A stretch of DNA of 64,000 nucleotides, taken from contig OZ240215.1 of NCBI GenBank assembly GCA_965197585.1, positions 1,472,001 to 1,536,000 of the forward strand, in the 5' to 3' direction. Position numbers and translations under genes: made by a program. Below are positions 1 to 10,775 of the stretch, one piece after another; the stretch's first letter is position 1; each line of letters begins with the position of its first letter. Under the pieces are notes generated by a model. That model was not told the DNA's origin and did not search any database. It saw nothing but the letters and a program-made list of their open reading frames with translations. This stretch comes from Dehalococcoidia bacterium (lineage in GTDB: Bacteria; Chloroflexota; Dehalococcoidia; Plut-88900).

Positions 1-194
1 CGGCCATTTACCAGTACTTCTACGTCCTCGTTAAGGTCCGACTCATCACCATCCAGGAACAGCAACGATCTCAACTCGCTTCGACTCCCGTTCGATAACT
101 CTACCAGAAGCCCCTGCACCCGTGGTTGGCTTATCTCTTCTTCCGTTACTTCCGCTAGCTCTCTCAGCTTCCCCAGATACTTAACCTTAGGCAC
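1..194 (-). CDS. MoaD/ThiS-family ubiquitin-like sulfur carrier, partial (runs off the window edge)
   Basis: Not in the ORF track. Manual translation from GTG at 194 gives MPKVKYLGKLRELAEVTEEE...EDVEVLVNGR, a MoaD-like pattern (VKY.G.LRE; VLVNGR). Lies directly downstream of the AOR genes. Confidence 0.75.
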   Translation of the reverse strand, partial: MPKVKYLGKLRELAEVTEEEISQPRVQGLLVELSNGSRSELRSLLFLDGDESDLNEDVEVLVNG

Positions 195-210
195 GATCTC
201 TACGCAATAG

Positions 211-2058
211 CTAGGCGATGCCCAGCATTTCCAACTTAGCCTCGGTCGGCTTTCCTTCTTGGTCCCATCCCCGCAGGCTGTAGTACTCAGGAAGCATCTT
301 GTCCAGCTGCCCAACTCTGCCCTTCGCCGGATTATTATCGCCGGATATCGCATCCTTTAGGATACGGTCGGGTAGTGTGTCGTCGGCCTTGGTGAGTCCG
401 GCCTTGAGGTTGAACAGCCTCTCCAGGTTCCATACTCTTTCACCTATGGTGTTCATGTCGTCCATGGTGAATTCCAGGCCCGTTACCCCTTCCAACAGTT
501 TTCTTATGTCATCCAGATCGTTGCCGGCGGAAATGAACAGGCACAGCCCCGTGGAGTCGTGTATCGAGTTCTCATTCTGCAGAGACACGACCAGTTCGGC
601 CTTACCCTCCGGCGAACCGGGGTCCAGCTTATACGGCATACCGAAGATCTCGGCCCCCGGCGTGAACGCCCGCAGATGGTCGGCGCCACGATTATTGGTG
701 GCATAGGCCAAACTCATCCCGTTAAAGGCTCGTGGGTCGTATGCAGGGAACTCCTGTCCCTTGGAGCCCATGTGCACCCCTGGGTTCCCGTACTTGACCC
801 CCATTCTCTTCGATCCCTCAGCCAGCGCATCCCCGATCCCTTCTCGGTAGCAGGTCTTTTCGACCAGGGACACCAGCGCATCCCCGCTGCCGAAGTTTAT
901 CTTCATGCCCGCTTCGCTGTCGGGGATGGCGCCCATTTCGTACAGTTCCATCGCCGCCGAGATCGTTGCCCCCATCGAAATTGTGTCGACGCCCAGGTCG
1001 TTGCACATCCAGCTGGCCTTGATCAAAGCGTCCAGGTCCGAAATCCCGCACTGAGACCCAAGGGCCCACGCGGTTTCGTACTCCGGCCCTTCGCCTGCTA
1101 CGTTCCAGTTCCGCGGGTGGGTGTTCACCAAGAACTTGCCCGCCGCGTCTCCCGGCAGGTGAGTAACCCGGCCGCATGCAATCGTGCAGCTGAAGCACGC
1201 CTTGTTTGCTACAAGCCGGTTGTCGGTCACGGCTTCGCCGTTTATGTCTTCCTCACCCTCGAATTGCGTTTCCAGGTGGTTGCGGGTCGGAAGCCCGCCC
1301 GTCTCGTTGATGATTCCCATGATTTCGAGTGTGCCGTACATCTGCATCCCCATCACACCGGGATTATTCGTCAACTTCCCGTGCTGCGATCCAATGGCCT
1401 GCATAGCACGTTCCACCGATGCAACCTGAACGCAACCCGTGCCTCGCACGGCGATAGCTTTCAGGTTTTTCGAACCCATCACCGCCCCGACCCCGGAGCG
1501 GCCCGCGGCCCGGTGCAGGTCGTTCACTATGCACGCAATCCTGACGAGGTTCTCCCCTGCCGGCCCGATACTTGCGATAACGCAGTCCGGCACTCCGGTC
1601 TGAGCCCTTATCAGGTCCTGAGTCTCCCAGACCGTCTTGCCCCAGATACCTTCCGCAGGGAGGAGCCTTGCGTCATCGTCGTAGACCCACAGGTACACGG
1701 GGCTCGGAGACTTCCCATGAACGATGACCATGTCATACCCGGCGAACTTGAGCTCCGGGCCCCAAAAGCCTCCCGAGTTGGATCCGGCCATCCCGCCAGT
1801 CAGCGGGCTCTTGGTTACAACCGAGTAGCGTGATGACGCCGACGCCCCTGTACCGGTCAGCGGCCCCGTGGATAAGACAAGCACGTTATCCGGCGCCAAA
1901 GCGTCGACCGTGGGGTCATGCATCTCTTCGTATAGGTACTTGGCGCCGAGGCCTCTCATACCCACGTACTCACGAGCCCAGCCCATGTTCAGGTCTTCTT
2001 TCGCAACGACTCCGTTGGTCAAGTTAACCCGCAGGACTTTTCCGGTCCAACCGTTCAT
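211..2058 (-). CDS. aor: Aldehyde:ferredoxin oxidoreductase (tungstopterin, AOR family), paralog 2
   Basis: 615 aa; GWTGKVLRVNLT N-terminus, KSPLTG, RAAGRSGVGAVMGSKNLKAIAV, CFSCTIAC, GPEYET, DDTLPDR, EYYSLRGWD. Confidence 0.93.
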   Translation of the reverse strand: MNGWTGKVLRVNLTNGVVAKEDLNMGWAREYVGMRGLGAKYLYEEMHDPTVDALAPDNVLVLSTGPLTGTGASASSRYSVVTKSPLTGGMAGSNSGGFWGPELKFAGYDMVIVHGKSPSPVYLWVYDDDARLLPAEGIWGKTVWETQDLIRAQTGVPDCVIASIGPAGENLVRIACIVNDLHRAAGRSGVGAVMGSKNLKAIAVRGTGCVQVASVERAMQAIGSQHGKLTNNPGVMGMQMYGTLEIMGIINETGGLPTRNHLETQFEGEEDINGEAVTDNRLVANKACFSCTIACGRVTHLPGDAAGKFLVNTHPRNWNVAGEGPEYETAWALGSQCGISDLDALIKASWMCNDLGVDTISMGATISAAMELYEMGAIPDSEAGMKINFGSGDALVSLVEKTCYREGIGDALAEGSKRMGVKYGNPGVHMGSKGQEFPAYDPRAFNGMSLAYATNNRGADHLRAFTPGAEIFGMPYKLDPGSPEGKAELVVSLQNENSIHDSTGLCLFISAGNDLDDIRKLLEGVTGLEFTMDDMNTIGERVWNLERLFNLKAGLTKADDTLPDRILKDAISGDNNPAKGRVGQLDKMLPEYYSLRGWDQEGKPTEAKLEMLGIA

Positions 2059-2108
2059 CGGTATCCCATGCCTTTACAGGTCCCGATAGTCCATAAATCG
2101 GTCGGGCT

Positions 2109-3953
2109 TTAGAGAATGCCGAGCTGCGCCAGTTTGGCGTCCGTGGGATCTCCGTCCCGGGTCCAGCCCCTGAGGTCGTAGTACTCGGGCAGCATCTCGG
2201 ACAGCCGATTGACTCGACCCTTGGCCGGGCCTGCGGGAATGCCTTCGTCAAGCAGCCTCTTGGGCAGCGTGTCCTGGGCCCCCGGAATACCGGCGTTGAT
2301 GTTCCAGACCCGCTCCAGGTTGTAGATCCGCTCTCCGACTTCCAGCAGGTCTTCCATGGAGTAGTCCATGCCAGTCGCTGCGTTGAGCTCCGGCTGTATG
2401 TCGTCCAGCCCGATGCCAAAGGTCAGGAACAGGCACAGCCCAGCGGCGTCCACTGTCGAGGTGACGTCCTGGAATATCTTGGTCAGCCCCGCCTTACCCT
2501 CCGTTACGGCAGGATCGGCCTGCTCCGGTATTCCGAACACTTCCGCGGCTATGGTGTAGGCCTTCAGGTGGCATGCGCCCCTGTTGGAGGTGGCGTACCC
2601 CAGCCCGATGCCCTGGAATGCCCGTGCGTCGTAAGCCGCGACTTCCTGACCTTTCACTCCTATGAACAGATCAGGGTGGCCGTACTTCTCGGTCATCCTC
2701 TTGGAGCCTTCGGCCAGTTCGTTGCCAAAGCCTTCCCGGAAGCAGGTTTTCTCGGCCATGGCGACCAGCGCATCCCCGTCGCCGAAGTCCAGGGCCATCC
2801 CGGTCTCTTCTTGCGTGATAACGCCTTTTTCGTAAAGCTCCATCGCCGCTGCGAGGGTGCCGCCGTAGGATATCGGGTCGATTCCCAGGTCGTTGCAGAT
2901 CCAGTTGGCCTTGATCAGCGCATCCAGGTCCCCGATTCCGCAGTCGGCGCCCATGGCCCATGCTGCCTCGTACTCCGGCCCCTCACCCGACATCTTCCAG
3001 TTGCGAGGAGTGGTGGTAACCATGTACTTATCCGCCGCATCTCCGGGCAGGTGAGTCACCCGACCACATGCTATGGTGCAGGCGAAGCACGCCTTGGGCC
3101 CAGTGAGACGGGTGTCGGTCATCGTCTCACCGCTAATCCCCTCGGCTTCGTCGAACTCGCCGTACTGGTGGTTGTTCGTGGGCAGGCCGCCGTGCTGGTT
3201 GATCACGTTGACCAGGATTGGGGTCCCGTAGGCTCGGAGACCCTCGCCGGTGACGGGAGACGCAGCCAGCTTTACCTTCGCCGCAAACGTCGATTCCATC
3301 ATCGCGTCGGGCTTCGCCACTTGTACGGCCCCCGTGCCCCGCACACCTATCGCTTTCAGGTTCTTGGAACCCATCACCGCCCCGACGCCGTTGCGACCCG
3401 CGGCCCGGTGCTTGTCATTCATTATCGATGCGAATCGGACCATGTTTTCACCTGCAGGCCCGATGCTCGCCACGATAGCGTCCGGGACCGCTGTCTCGGT
3501 CCGGATCGTGTCCTCCGTCTCCCACACACCCTTGCCCCACAGGTGACTCGCATCTACGAGTTGCACGTCGTCGTCGTAGATCCACAGGTAGACCGGGTTC
3601 GGCGATTTCCCGTTGAAGATCACCATGTCGTACCCGGCAAACTTGAGCTCCGGGCCCCAGTGCCCACCCGAGTTGGACGTGGTAATAGTCCCGGTCAGTG
3701 GGCTCTTGGTAACAACCATGTACCGAGCCCCGCACGAGGCGTTGGTCCCGGTCATCGGGCCCGTGGCGAAGATCAGCTCGTTCTCCGGGCTCAGGGGTTC
3801 GACCTTCGGATCCAGGTCCTCATAGAGATACCTGGCTCCAAGGCCCCTCCCACCTACGTATTGGTGGGCCCACTCTTCATTCAGGTCTTCTTTTACTATT
3901 GTGCCGGTGCTGAGATCAACTCGGAGCAGACGCCCCGACCATCCGTATGCCAT
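2109..3953 (-). CDS. aor: Aldehyde:ferredoxin oxidoreductase (AOR family), paralog 1
   Basis: 614 aa; same AOR motifs (AAGRNGVGAVMGSKNLKA, CFACTIAC, GPEYE, RGACHL, EYYDLRGW). Confidence 0.93.
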   Translation of the reverse strand: MAYGWSGRLLRVDLSTGTIVKEDLNEEWAHQYVGGRGLGARYLYEDLDPKVEPLSPENELIFATGPMTGTNASCGARYMVVTKSPLTGTITTSNSGGHWGPELKFAGYDMVIFNGKSPNPVYLWIYDDDVQLVDASHLWGKGVWETEDTIRTETAVPDAIVASIGPAGENMVRFASIMNDKHRAAGRNGVGAVMGSKNLKAIGVRGTGAVQVAKPDAMMESTFAAKVKLAASPVTGEGLRAYGTPILVNVINQHGGLPTNNHQYGEFDEAEGISGETMTDTRLTGPKACFACTIACGRVTHLPGDAADKYMVTTTPRNWKMSGEGPEYEAAWAMGADCGIGDLDALIKANWICNDLGIDPISYGGTLAAAMELYEKGVITQEETGMALDFGDGDALVAMAEKTCFREGFGNELAEGSKRMTEKYGHPDLFIGVKGQEVAAYDARAFQGIGLGYATSNRGACHLKAYTIAAEVFGIPEQADPAVTEGKAGLTKIFQDVTSTVDAAGLCLFLTFGIGLDDIQPELNAATGMDYSMEDLLEVGERIYNLERVWNINAGIPGAQDTLPKRLLDEGIPAGPAKGRVNRLSEMLPEYYDLRGWTRDGDPTDAKLAQLGIL

Positions 3954-3957
3954 GGCT

Positions 3958-4449
3958 TTAGCTCCCTTCTATGGATCGGGCGTAGTTAGCGTCCACCTTG
4001 TCACCCCAGGACCCCAGCCACGTCGCTTCCTCGATCTCGGTGAACTCGATGGCGTTAGTCGGGCAAGCCCTGGCGCAGGCGGGGTCTCCGCCGCACAGGT
4101 CGCACTTGACAGCCTTTTTGGTGGTCGGATTGAGAAACACCGTACCGAACGGGCAGGCGATGACGCACAGCTTGCAGCCCACGCAGGTGTCCTCTATGAC
4201 GATCTTCGCCTGGGTGTCCGGGTCTACGCCTATGGCGTTGACCGGGCAGACCTGCAGACACCATGCCTCTTCGCATTGGAAGCAGGTGTACGGGCTATAG
4301 CTGGACTGTTCATCGAATATATGCACCCGTATCAGTGACTGGGACGGCTGGAATGTTCCAGTCTGCACCCACGAACAAGCCAACTCGCATTGTATGCAGC
4401 CGGTACATCGGTCAGGGTGGATTTCGAGCATCTTGACAGTGCTTCCCAT
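3958..4449 (-). CDS. 4Fe-4S polyferredoxin electron-transfer subunit of AOR
   Basis: CTGCIQCELAC, CFQCEEAWCLQVCP, CVGCKLCVIACP, KCDLCGGDPACARACP; ATG 4449 follows an AAGGAG RBS. Confidence 0.9.
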   Translation of the reverse strand: MGSTVKMLEIHPDRCTGCIQCELACSWVQTGTFQPSQSLIRVHIFDEQSSYSPYTCFQCEEAWCLQVCPVNAIGVDPDTQAKIVIEDTCVGCKLCVIACPFGTVFLNPTTKKAVKCDLCGGDPACARACPTNAIEFTEIEEATWLGSWGDKVDANYARSIEGS

Positions 4450-4613
4450 GCCTGCTCCTTTAAGAAAGTACGCTATAAGGTAACGCGGGCTTTTTAACAT
4501 CAGGCAATGCCCGATGGAGGGAGTTTTAGGATAGGGTTGAAGAGGCGTTTTGTCAATGAAATCCACCCTTCAACCCACTCTTCACACAACTACAAACCAT
4601 CTGCGGCAGAGGA

Positions 4614-4643
4614 TTGTCACACAACATATATGTTGAGTATGCT
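4614..4643 (+). promoter_or_regulatory. Putative sigma70 promoter with a 14-bp palindromic operator upstream of hicB
   Basis: TTGTCA(4614-4619)-N18-TATGCT(4638-4643); perfect palindrome CAACATATATGTTG at 4622-4635 in the spacer. Confidence 0.55.
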
Positions 4644-4695
4644 GGCTGCATAAACAGGCGTGATGGCACACAACCGACCATTCCCGAGAGAATCC

Positions 4696-5124
4696 ATGCT
4701 TTCATATCCAATACATATCGAAAACGAGGGCTCGAGCCTTCTGGTAACTTCCATTGATTTCCCAGAGCTCACCACCTCCGGTGACGACTGCGAAGAGGCC
4801 CAGGCCCGCGCCCTCGACGCCCTACAAGAGGCCATCGCCGCCCGTATCCACGACCGCAGGGCCATTCCTATCCCCTCCCTCGGCGGCGACGCCCGAGTAG
4901 CCCTTCCTACTCTAACTGCAGTTAAGGTCATCCTGTACCAGGGCATGAGAGACCAAGGTATTAGCAAAACCGACCTCGCTCGCCGTCTAGGGTGGCATCT
5001 CCCTCAGGTCGACCGAGTACTGAATATCAACCATAACTCCCGTCTCGACCAGATGGATACAGCCCTCGGAGCCATAGGCCACCGCTTGCAGGTCAGCCCT
5101 GCGCCTGCCTCCACCACCTCTTAA
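4696..5124 (+). CDS. hicB: HicB-family antitoxin with C-terminal HTH (no hicA nearby)
   Basis: YPIHIE..LVTSIDFPELTTSGDDCEEAQARALDAL; C-terminal GISKTDLARRLGWHLPQVDRVL HTH. Confidence 0.82.
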   Translation: MLSYPIHIENEGSSLLVTSIDFPELTTSGDDCEEAQARALDALQEAIAARIHDRRAIPIPSLGGDARVALPTLTAVKVILYQGMRDQGISKTDLARRLGWHLPQVDRVLNINHNSRLDQMDTALGAIGHRLQVSPAPASTTS

Positions 5125-5277
5125 CTGAGAGGCGTCAAATGGCATTCCGTAACCTGTATTGCTTGAAGTTGTCCCCCCTGGGCCGGAGGATGCTCAAAAT
5201 AGCCACAAGTTTGACCCCCAACACCCCCTTTGCTACACTCGCCCTCAGCCTGCCACCCCGCGCCCGAGGAGCCGACT

Positions 5278-6942
5278 ATGTCCGAATCTCCTCAACAAGA
5301 TACCTTCCAGGAAGCCAAGACCAACTGGACCAAAAAGTACGACGAGTCCAGAAAGCGCGACGCCCTCTTCACCACCGTCTCCGGCGCGCCCGTCGAGCCT
5401 CTACACACCCCCTCCCCCGACCCCTACCCGGACTTCGACGAAAAAATGGGGATGCCCGGTCAGTACCCGTTCCTGCGCGGCATTCATCCCACCGGACACC
5501 GAGGCCGACTCTGGACAATGCGAATGTTTTCCGGCTTCGGGACCGCCGAGGAGACCAACGCCCGGTTCAAGTTCCTCCTTGGCCAGGGTGAAACGGGCCT
5601 CAGCACCGCCTTCGACATGCCCACCCTCATGGGCTACGACCACGACGACCCCATGGCCATCGGCGAGTTTGGAAAGTGTGGCGTCGCTGTCTCATCTCTA
5701 GCCGACATGGAGGTCTTGTTCGACGAAATTCCCATCGAACAGGTCACCACCTCTATGACCATCAACGGCCCCGCCGCCATTATCTGGGCCATGTTCATCG
5801 CCGCCGCCGAAAAACGCGGCGTGCCTAGGGCAAAACTCGGTGGCACACTTCAGAACGATATCATTAAAGAGTACACCGCCCAGAACGAATACATTTTCCC
5901 CGTCGAGCCCTCGATGCGCCTCGTCACCGACACCGTTGAACTTGCCGCCAGAGAGATGCCCCGCTGGAACCCTATAAGTATCAGCGGATACCACATTCGG
6001 GAGGCCGGCGCCACCGCAGCCCAGGAGCTTGCCTTCACCCTTGCCGCCGGCTTCGAATACGTGGACTGGGCCCTTGAACGCGGTCTTGACATCGACGAGT
6101 TCGCCCCCCGGCTAAGCTTCTTCTTCAACGTCCACGACGACTTCTTCGAAGAGATATCCAAGTTCCGCGCCGCCCGCAGAATATGGGCCCGAGAGCTCCG
6201 CTCCCGCTACGGCGCAAAAAACGACCGCTCCCTCTGGCTTCGCACTCATGCCCAGACCGCCGGTGCCGCTCTCACTGCTCAGCAGCCAGAGATAAACGTA
6301 TCCCGGGTCGCCCTCCAGGCCCTCGCCGCCGTGCTCGGGGGAGTCCAGTCCCTCCACACCAACTCCATGGATGAGGTTCTTGCCCTTCCCTCCCAGGAAG
6401 CCGTTCTGGTTGCGCTTCGAACCCAGCAGATTATTGCCCACGAAAGCGGTGTGGCTGACCTCGCCGACCCCCTCGGGGGGAGCTACCACCTTGAAGCCAT
6501 GACCGACCGCATTGAAGAAGAATCCTACGAGTACTTCCGACAGATCGAGGACCAGGGAGGCGTCATCGCCGCCGTCAAGAACGGCTACTTCCAACGCCAG
6601 ATCGCCGACTCTGCTTTCAAATACCAGCGGGAGATCGAGCAGAACCAGCGCATCAAGGTCGGGATAAACGGCTACGCCGAGGGGAGCGACCCCCGAATTT
6701 CCATTTTAGAAATGGATCGGGAAGGCGAGCGTCGCCATCTCGAAAGACTGCACCGCACCCGGGACACTCGAGACCAGGCCGCCGTCGACCGCGCCCTCTC
6801 CGACCTTAAGCACGCCGCCCTCGGCTCCGAAAACCTCATGCCCTACCTGCTCACCGCGGCTCGGACCTACGCCACTCTCGGCGAGACTACAAACGCTCTT
6901 CGCGAGACCCTCGGCGAGTCCGAAATCTACAACGTCGCGTAA
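5278..6942 (+). CDS. icmA: B12-dependent acyl-CoA mutase large subunit, isobutyryl-CoA mutase type (Phe/Gln specificity residues)
   Basis: Mutase motifs [38 protein letters not shown]. Has WTMRMFSGF (Phe) and KEYTAQNE (Gln) instead of the Tyr/Arg of MCM. No B12-binding domain. Confidence 0.8.
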   Translation: MSESPQQDTFQEAKTNWTKKYDESRKRDALFTTVSGAPVEPLHTPSPDPYPDFDEKMGMPGQYPFLRGIHPTGHRGRLWTMRMFSGFGTAEETNARFKFLLGQGETGLSTAFDMPTLMGYDHDDPMAIGEFGKCGVAVSSLADMEVLFDEIPIEQVTTSMTINGPAAIIWAMFIAAAEKRGVPRAKLGGTLQNDIIKEYTAQNEYIFPVEPSMRLVTDTVELAAREMPRWNPISISGYHIREAGATAAQELAFTLAAGFEYVDWALERGLDIDEFAPRLSFFFNVHDDFFEEISKFRAARRIWARELRSRYGAKNDRSLWLRTHAQTAGAALTAQQPEINVSRVALQALAAVLGGVQSLHTNSMDEVLALPSQEAVLVALRTQQIIAHESGVADLADPLGGSYHLEAMTDRIEEESYEYFRQIEDQGGVIAAVKNGYFQRQIADSAFKYQREIEQNQRIKVGINGYAEGSDPRISILEMDREGERRHLERLHRTRDTRDQAAVDRALSDLKHAALGSENLMPYLLTAARTYATLGETTNALRETLGESEIYNVA

Positions 6943-6982
6943 TTCTCTGCCCCGTTTTCCTTAGCACTTTCGAGAGCCGCCA

Positions 6983-7273
6983 ATGCAGTACTCAGTCGTT
7001 ATCCACAAAGACCCCGGCTCTTCCTACGGTGTCACTGTCCCTGATCTACCCGGCTGTTTCTCGGGCGGCGACACATTTGAAGAGGCGCTGTCCTCTGTTA
7101 GGGAAGCAATCAAATGTCATATCGAGGGAATACTGATGGACTGCGAAGCCATCCCAGAAAAAAAGCCCTTGCAGATCCATAAGGCCAATGAGGATTTCTC
7201 AGGCGGCACTTGGGCCAGCGTCTGCGTAGACCTGTCTAACCTATCCGTGGTACCTACGCCATCCCGACTATAG
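6983..7273 (+). CDS. hicB: HicB-family antitoxin, short form (no hicA nearby)
   Basis: YSVVIHKDPGSSYGVTVPDLPGCFSGGDTFEEALSSVREAI, a classic HicB N-terminal domain. Confidence 0.85.
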   Translation: MQYSVVIHKDPGSSYGVTVPDLPGCFSGGDTFEEALSSVREAIKCHIEGILMDCEAIPEKKPLQIHKANEDFSGGTWASVCVDLSNLSVVPTPSRL

Positions 7274-7429
7274 ACCTCATCCCCTAGTCCTCCCAATTAC
7301 AATCTGCACGCTCTCAACACGACCTTCCCTTGCCTCCTCTCCTCAGCTTATTGGCGCAACGCGCTCCACACGTTTATCATAAGCGAGGCGGGCCGACCTC
7401 AATCTTCGTTATCAACCAGGGGATTCCCT

Positions 7430-9094
7430 ATGCTCAAAGAAAAAGATTTGAATAAGATTACCCAACGCCAGCAGGAGTGGCAGGAAAATGCCGACAAGGC
7501 CCGACAGCGGGATGGCCTCTTCTCTACCTCCTCAGGGGTCCCCATCAAAGCCGCCTACTCTCCCCTCGACATAGCCGATCAAGACTACATGTCCGATGTC
7601 GGCATGCCCGGCGAGTTCCCTTTCACCCGCGGAATCCACCCGACGGGCTACCGCGGCCGGCTCTGGACCATGCGCCAGTACGCTGGTTTCGGATCCGCCG
7701 GAGAGTCCAATCGCCGCTACCGCTACCTGCTCGAGCAGGGCCAGACGGGTCTCAGCGTCGCCTTTGACCTTCCGACCCAGATGGGTTACGACTCCGACCA
7801 TCATATGTCCCGCGGCGAGGTCGGTAAGGTGGGCGTCCCCATCGACACCCTCGCCGACATGGAAGTTCTTTTCGAGGACATTCCCCTCGAAAAGGTCACC
7901 ACGTCCATGACCATTAACGCCACCGCCTCTATCCTTCTAGCGCTTTATGTCGCAATGGCTAAGAAGCAGGGCGCCGACCTCTCAAAGCTCGGCGGCACCG
8001 TACAGAACGATATCCTCAAGGAATACATCGCCCGTGGCACCTACATCTACCCACCCCGCCCCTCCATGCGCCTCATCACTGATCTCTTCCGCTACTGCGG
8101 TGAGAGTCTTCCTGCCTGGAACACCATAAGCATAAGCGGCTACCACATGCGGGAAGCCGGGTGTACGGCGGTCCAGGAGCTCGCCTTTACCTTTAGTGAC
8201 GCCATAGCCTACGTTCAGGCCGCCGTGGATGCGGGCATGGACGTGGACAAGTTCGGGGCCCGGCTCTCCTTCTTCTTTGTCAGCCAGAACAACCTCCTCG
8301 AAGAGGTGGCCAAGTTCCGTGCCGCCCGAAAGATCTGGGCCCGAATAATGAAGGAGCGCTTCAACGCCCAGAACCCTCGCTCCTGGATGGTCAGGTTCCA
8401 CACCCAGACCGCCGGCGCCGCTCTAACGGCCCAGCAGCCCGAGAACAACATCGTCAGGGTCACCATACAGGCCCTGGCCGCGGTCCTCGGTGGCACACAA
8501 TCGCTCCACACAAACTCTATGGACGAGGCCCTCGCCCTTCCTTCCGAAAAAGCCGCTACCATCGCCCTCCGAACCCAGCAGATCGTCGCCAACGAGTCGG
8601 GCTGCGCCGACGTTATAGACCCGCTGGCAGGTTCCTTCTACGTAGAGCGGCTCACAAAGGATCTGGAAGACGAGACCTTCAAATATATCGAGCGAATAGA
8701 CGATTTCGGCGGGGCTCTCGGCGCGATTGAGCGCGGATTCATTCAACAGGAGATTCAGGACAGCGCATTCCGCCATCAGCAGGAGATCGAGTCGAGGAAG
8801 CGGGTAGTGGTGGGTGTGAACGCCTACGAAAGCCCCCAGCCTCACCTCCACGGAACGCTCAAGATAGATCCCGAGCTGGCCCGCACCCAGGTCGAGAATC
8901 TCCAGAAGATCAAGCAGTCTCGAGACCAGGCCGCCGTGGACAGCGCCTTGAACTCTCTGAGAGAAGTGGCCGCGGGGGATGGCAACACGATGCCCGCGAT
9001 CCTGGAGGCTGTCGAAGTCTATGCCACCCTCGGCGAAATTAGCGATGTCCTCCGGGACGTCTTCGGTGACTACGAACCGTCCGCTACTTTCTGA
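7430..9094 (+). CDS. mcmA: Methylmalonyl-CoA mutase large (substrate-binding) subunit
   Basis: WTMRQYAGF (Tyr) and [14 protein letters not shown] (Arg) carboxylate-binding residues; [17 protein letters not shown]. Confidence 0.9.
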   Translation: MLKEKDLNKITQRQQEWQENADKARQRDGLFSTSSGVPIKAAYSPLDIADQDYMSDVGMPGEFPFTRGIHPTGYRGRLWTMRQYAGFGSAGESNRRYRYLLEQGQTGLSVAFDLPTQMGYDSDHHMSRGEVGKVGVPIDTLADMEVLFEDIPLEKVTTSMTINATASILLALYVAMAKKQGADLSKLGGTVQNDILKEYIARGTYIYPPRPSMRLITDLFRYCGESLPAWNTISISGYHMREAGCTAVQELAFTFSDAIAYVQAAVDAGMDVDKFGARLSFFFVSQNNLLEEVAKFRAARKIWARIMKERFNAQNPRSWMVRFHTQTAGAALTAQQPENNIVRVTIQALAAVLGGTQSLHTNSMDEALALPSEKAATIALRTQQIVANESGCADVIDPLAGSFYVERLTKDLEDETFKYIERIDDFGGALGAIERGFIQQEIQDSAFRHQQEIESRKRVVVGVNAYESPQPHLHGTLKIDPELARTQVENLQKIKQSRDQAAVDSALNSLREVAAGDGNTMPAILEAVEVYATLGEISDVLRDVFGDYEPSATF

Positions 9095-9144
9095 GCCCCG
9101 TGATAACTGGTTAGTCATGCCCCAAACCGGGAAGGATTTAGTAA

Positions 9145-10293
9145 ATGGACTTCGGATTCACTGAAGAACACAAGCTCCTGCAGAGGAACGTAAGAGACTT
9201 CGCCAAGAAGGAAATAGGGCCATCTGCCGCGAGGATCGATCGGGACGAAGAGTTCCCTTGGGACAACTTCCGCAAGATGGGAGAAATAGGCCTGATGGGC
9301 GTCTCCGTAGACCCCCAATACGGCGGTTCCGGAGGCGGCTACATAGACCTTTCCATCGTGGTAGAGGAGTTGGCCCGGGTCTGCGCCGCCACGTCCCTCA
9401 TCTACATCGCCTCCGTCTCCCTCGCCTCCAAGTGTATCGAGGCGTTCGGGTCGCACGAGCAAAAGAACGCCTATCTCAGGCCTTTAGCCCGAGGCCAGAG
9501 GCTTGGCGCCTTTGCCCTCTCCGAGCCCAACGCCGGTAGCGACGTCGCCTCATTACGCACCAACGCCACGACACACGGGGGCCAATATTTCCTCAACGGC
9601 AGCAAGACCTTCATCACCAACGGAGACCTAGCTGACTTCCTTGTTGTGTTTGCCACCGAAAACCTAAAGCTGGGCACCAAAGGCATCTCCGCTTTCATTG
9701 TCGAGAAGCAATACGAAGGTTTCACAGGCCGCAACGAGCCAGGCAAGATGGGGATGCGCGGCTCCAACACTGCAGAGCTTTTCTTCCAGGACTGTTGCGT
9801 TCCGCTGAAGAACCTGCTGGGCGAAGACGGCAAGGGGATGCGGATCGCGCTGGCAACCATAGAGGCGAGCCGCATTACCATTGCCGCTCAGGCCGTGGGA
9901 ATTGCCCATGCGGCTCTGGATTCGGCTCTTGAGTACTCCCGGCACCGGCAGGCATTTGGCCACCCTATTTCTGACTTCCAGGCCATTCAGTGGATGCTGG
10001 CCGACATGGCGACTCAGGTCAACGCCGCCCGTCTCATCACCTACCAGGCCGCTGACAAGAAGGAGCGTGGAGAGCCCTTCGGCCGGGAATCGGCCATGGC
10101 CAAGCTCTTCGCCTCGGAAATTGCTGGTCAGGTCACATCCAAGGCCATCCAGATTCACGGCGGCTACGGCTATTTCAAAGAAAGCCCCGTTGAGAGGTAT
10201 TTCCGGGACGCCAAGGTCACCGAGATATACGAAGGCACCTCCGAAGTGCAGCGCATGGTAATATCCCGGGACCTTTTGAAATTTGGTCTATAG
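9145..10293 (+). CDS. Acyl-CoA dehydrogenase (short/branched-chain type)
   Basis: FALSEPNAGSD, LNGSKTFITNG, KMGMRGSNT, QIHGGYGY, IYEGTSEVQR. Confidence 0.92.
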   Translation: MDFGFTEEHKLLQRNVRDFAKKEIGPSAARIDRDEEFPWDNFRKMGEIGLMGVSVDPQYGGSGGGYIDLSIVVEELARVCAATSLIYIASVSLASKCIEAFGSHEQKNAYLRPLARGQRLGAFALSEPNAGSDVASLRTNATTHGGQYFLNGSKTFITNGDLADFLVVFATENLKLGTKGISAFIVEKQYEGFTGRNEPGKMGMRGSNTAELFFQDCCVPLKNLLGEDGKGMRIALATIEASRITIAAQAVGIAHAALDSALEYSRHRQAFGHPISDFQAIQWMLADMATQVNAARLITYQAADKKERGEPFGRESAMAKLFASEIAGQVTSKAIQIHGGYGYFKESPVERYFRDAKVTEIYEGTSEVQRMVISRDLLKFGL

Positions 10294-10313
10294 TCCTCTC
10301 TCAAGGATCCCCA

Positions 10314-10751
10314 ATGACACAAGATTCCACACCGGTCTGCCAGGCCAGCCACATTAACCACGTCGCCATAGTGGTCAAGGATGCCGCCGAGACCCTCCGC
10401 TTCTACCAGGAAACCTTCGGCGTCCCGGACGCCGCTATCGAGGAAATCGCCGACCAGGGTGTCCTGGCAACCCTCGTCGCCGTCGGCGGGACAAACCTGG
10501 AGCTCATCCAGCCCGTCCGCCCCGACACCGGCGTCGCCCGCTTCCTCGATGCCCGCGGAGAGGCGCTCCACCATGTTTGCCTGGAAGTCGAAGACTTGCA
10601 AGGTAAACTCGATTCTCTACAGGCAAGCGGCACCCGTCTCATCGATGAATCGCCTCGCCAGGGCCTCGCCGGCATGATAGCCTTCATTCATCCCAAGTCC
10701 ACCCGCGGAGTCCTTATAGAGCTCGTAGACAAGGACAGCGTGCAATCGTAA
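10314..10751 (+). CDS. mce: Methylmalonyl-CoA epimerase
   Basis: INHVAIVV, LELIQP, GEALHHVCLEV, AFIHPKSTRGVLIELV; mutase operon context. Confidence 0.92.
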   Translation: MTQDSTPVCQASHINHVAIVVKDAAETLRFYQETFGVPDAAIEEIADQGVLATLVAVGGTNLELIQPVRPDTGVARFLDARGEALHHVCLEVEDLQGKLDSLQASGTRLIDESPRQGLAGMIAFIHPKSTRGVLIELVDKDSVQS

Positions 10752-10775
10752 CTCTTCCGACGGGGGTACCCAGCA

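Noticed and set aside
559-3989. Long + strand ORFs (424 and 473 aa) opposite the AOR genes, and similar shadow ORFs elsewhere (e.g. 21721..22644, 40659..41726, 44951..45979, 60995..62068)
   Set aside because: Antisense shadows of well-supported genes in GC-rich DNA, with no recognisable motifs.
5125-7429. Cobalamin riboswitch upstream of either mutase gene
   Set aside because: The intergenic regions are short and show no B12-box or GGGAA..GCCACTG signature.
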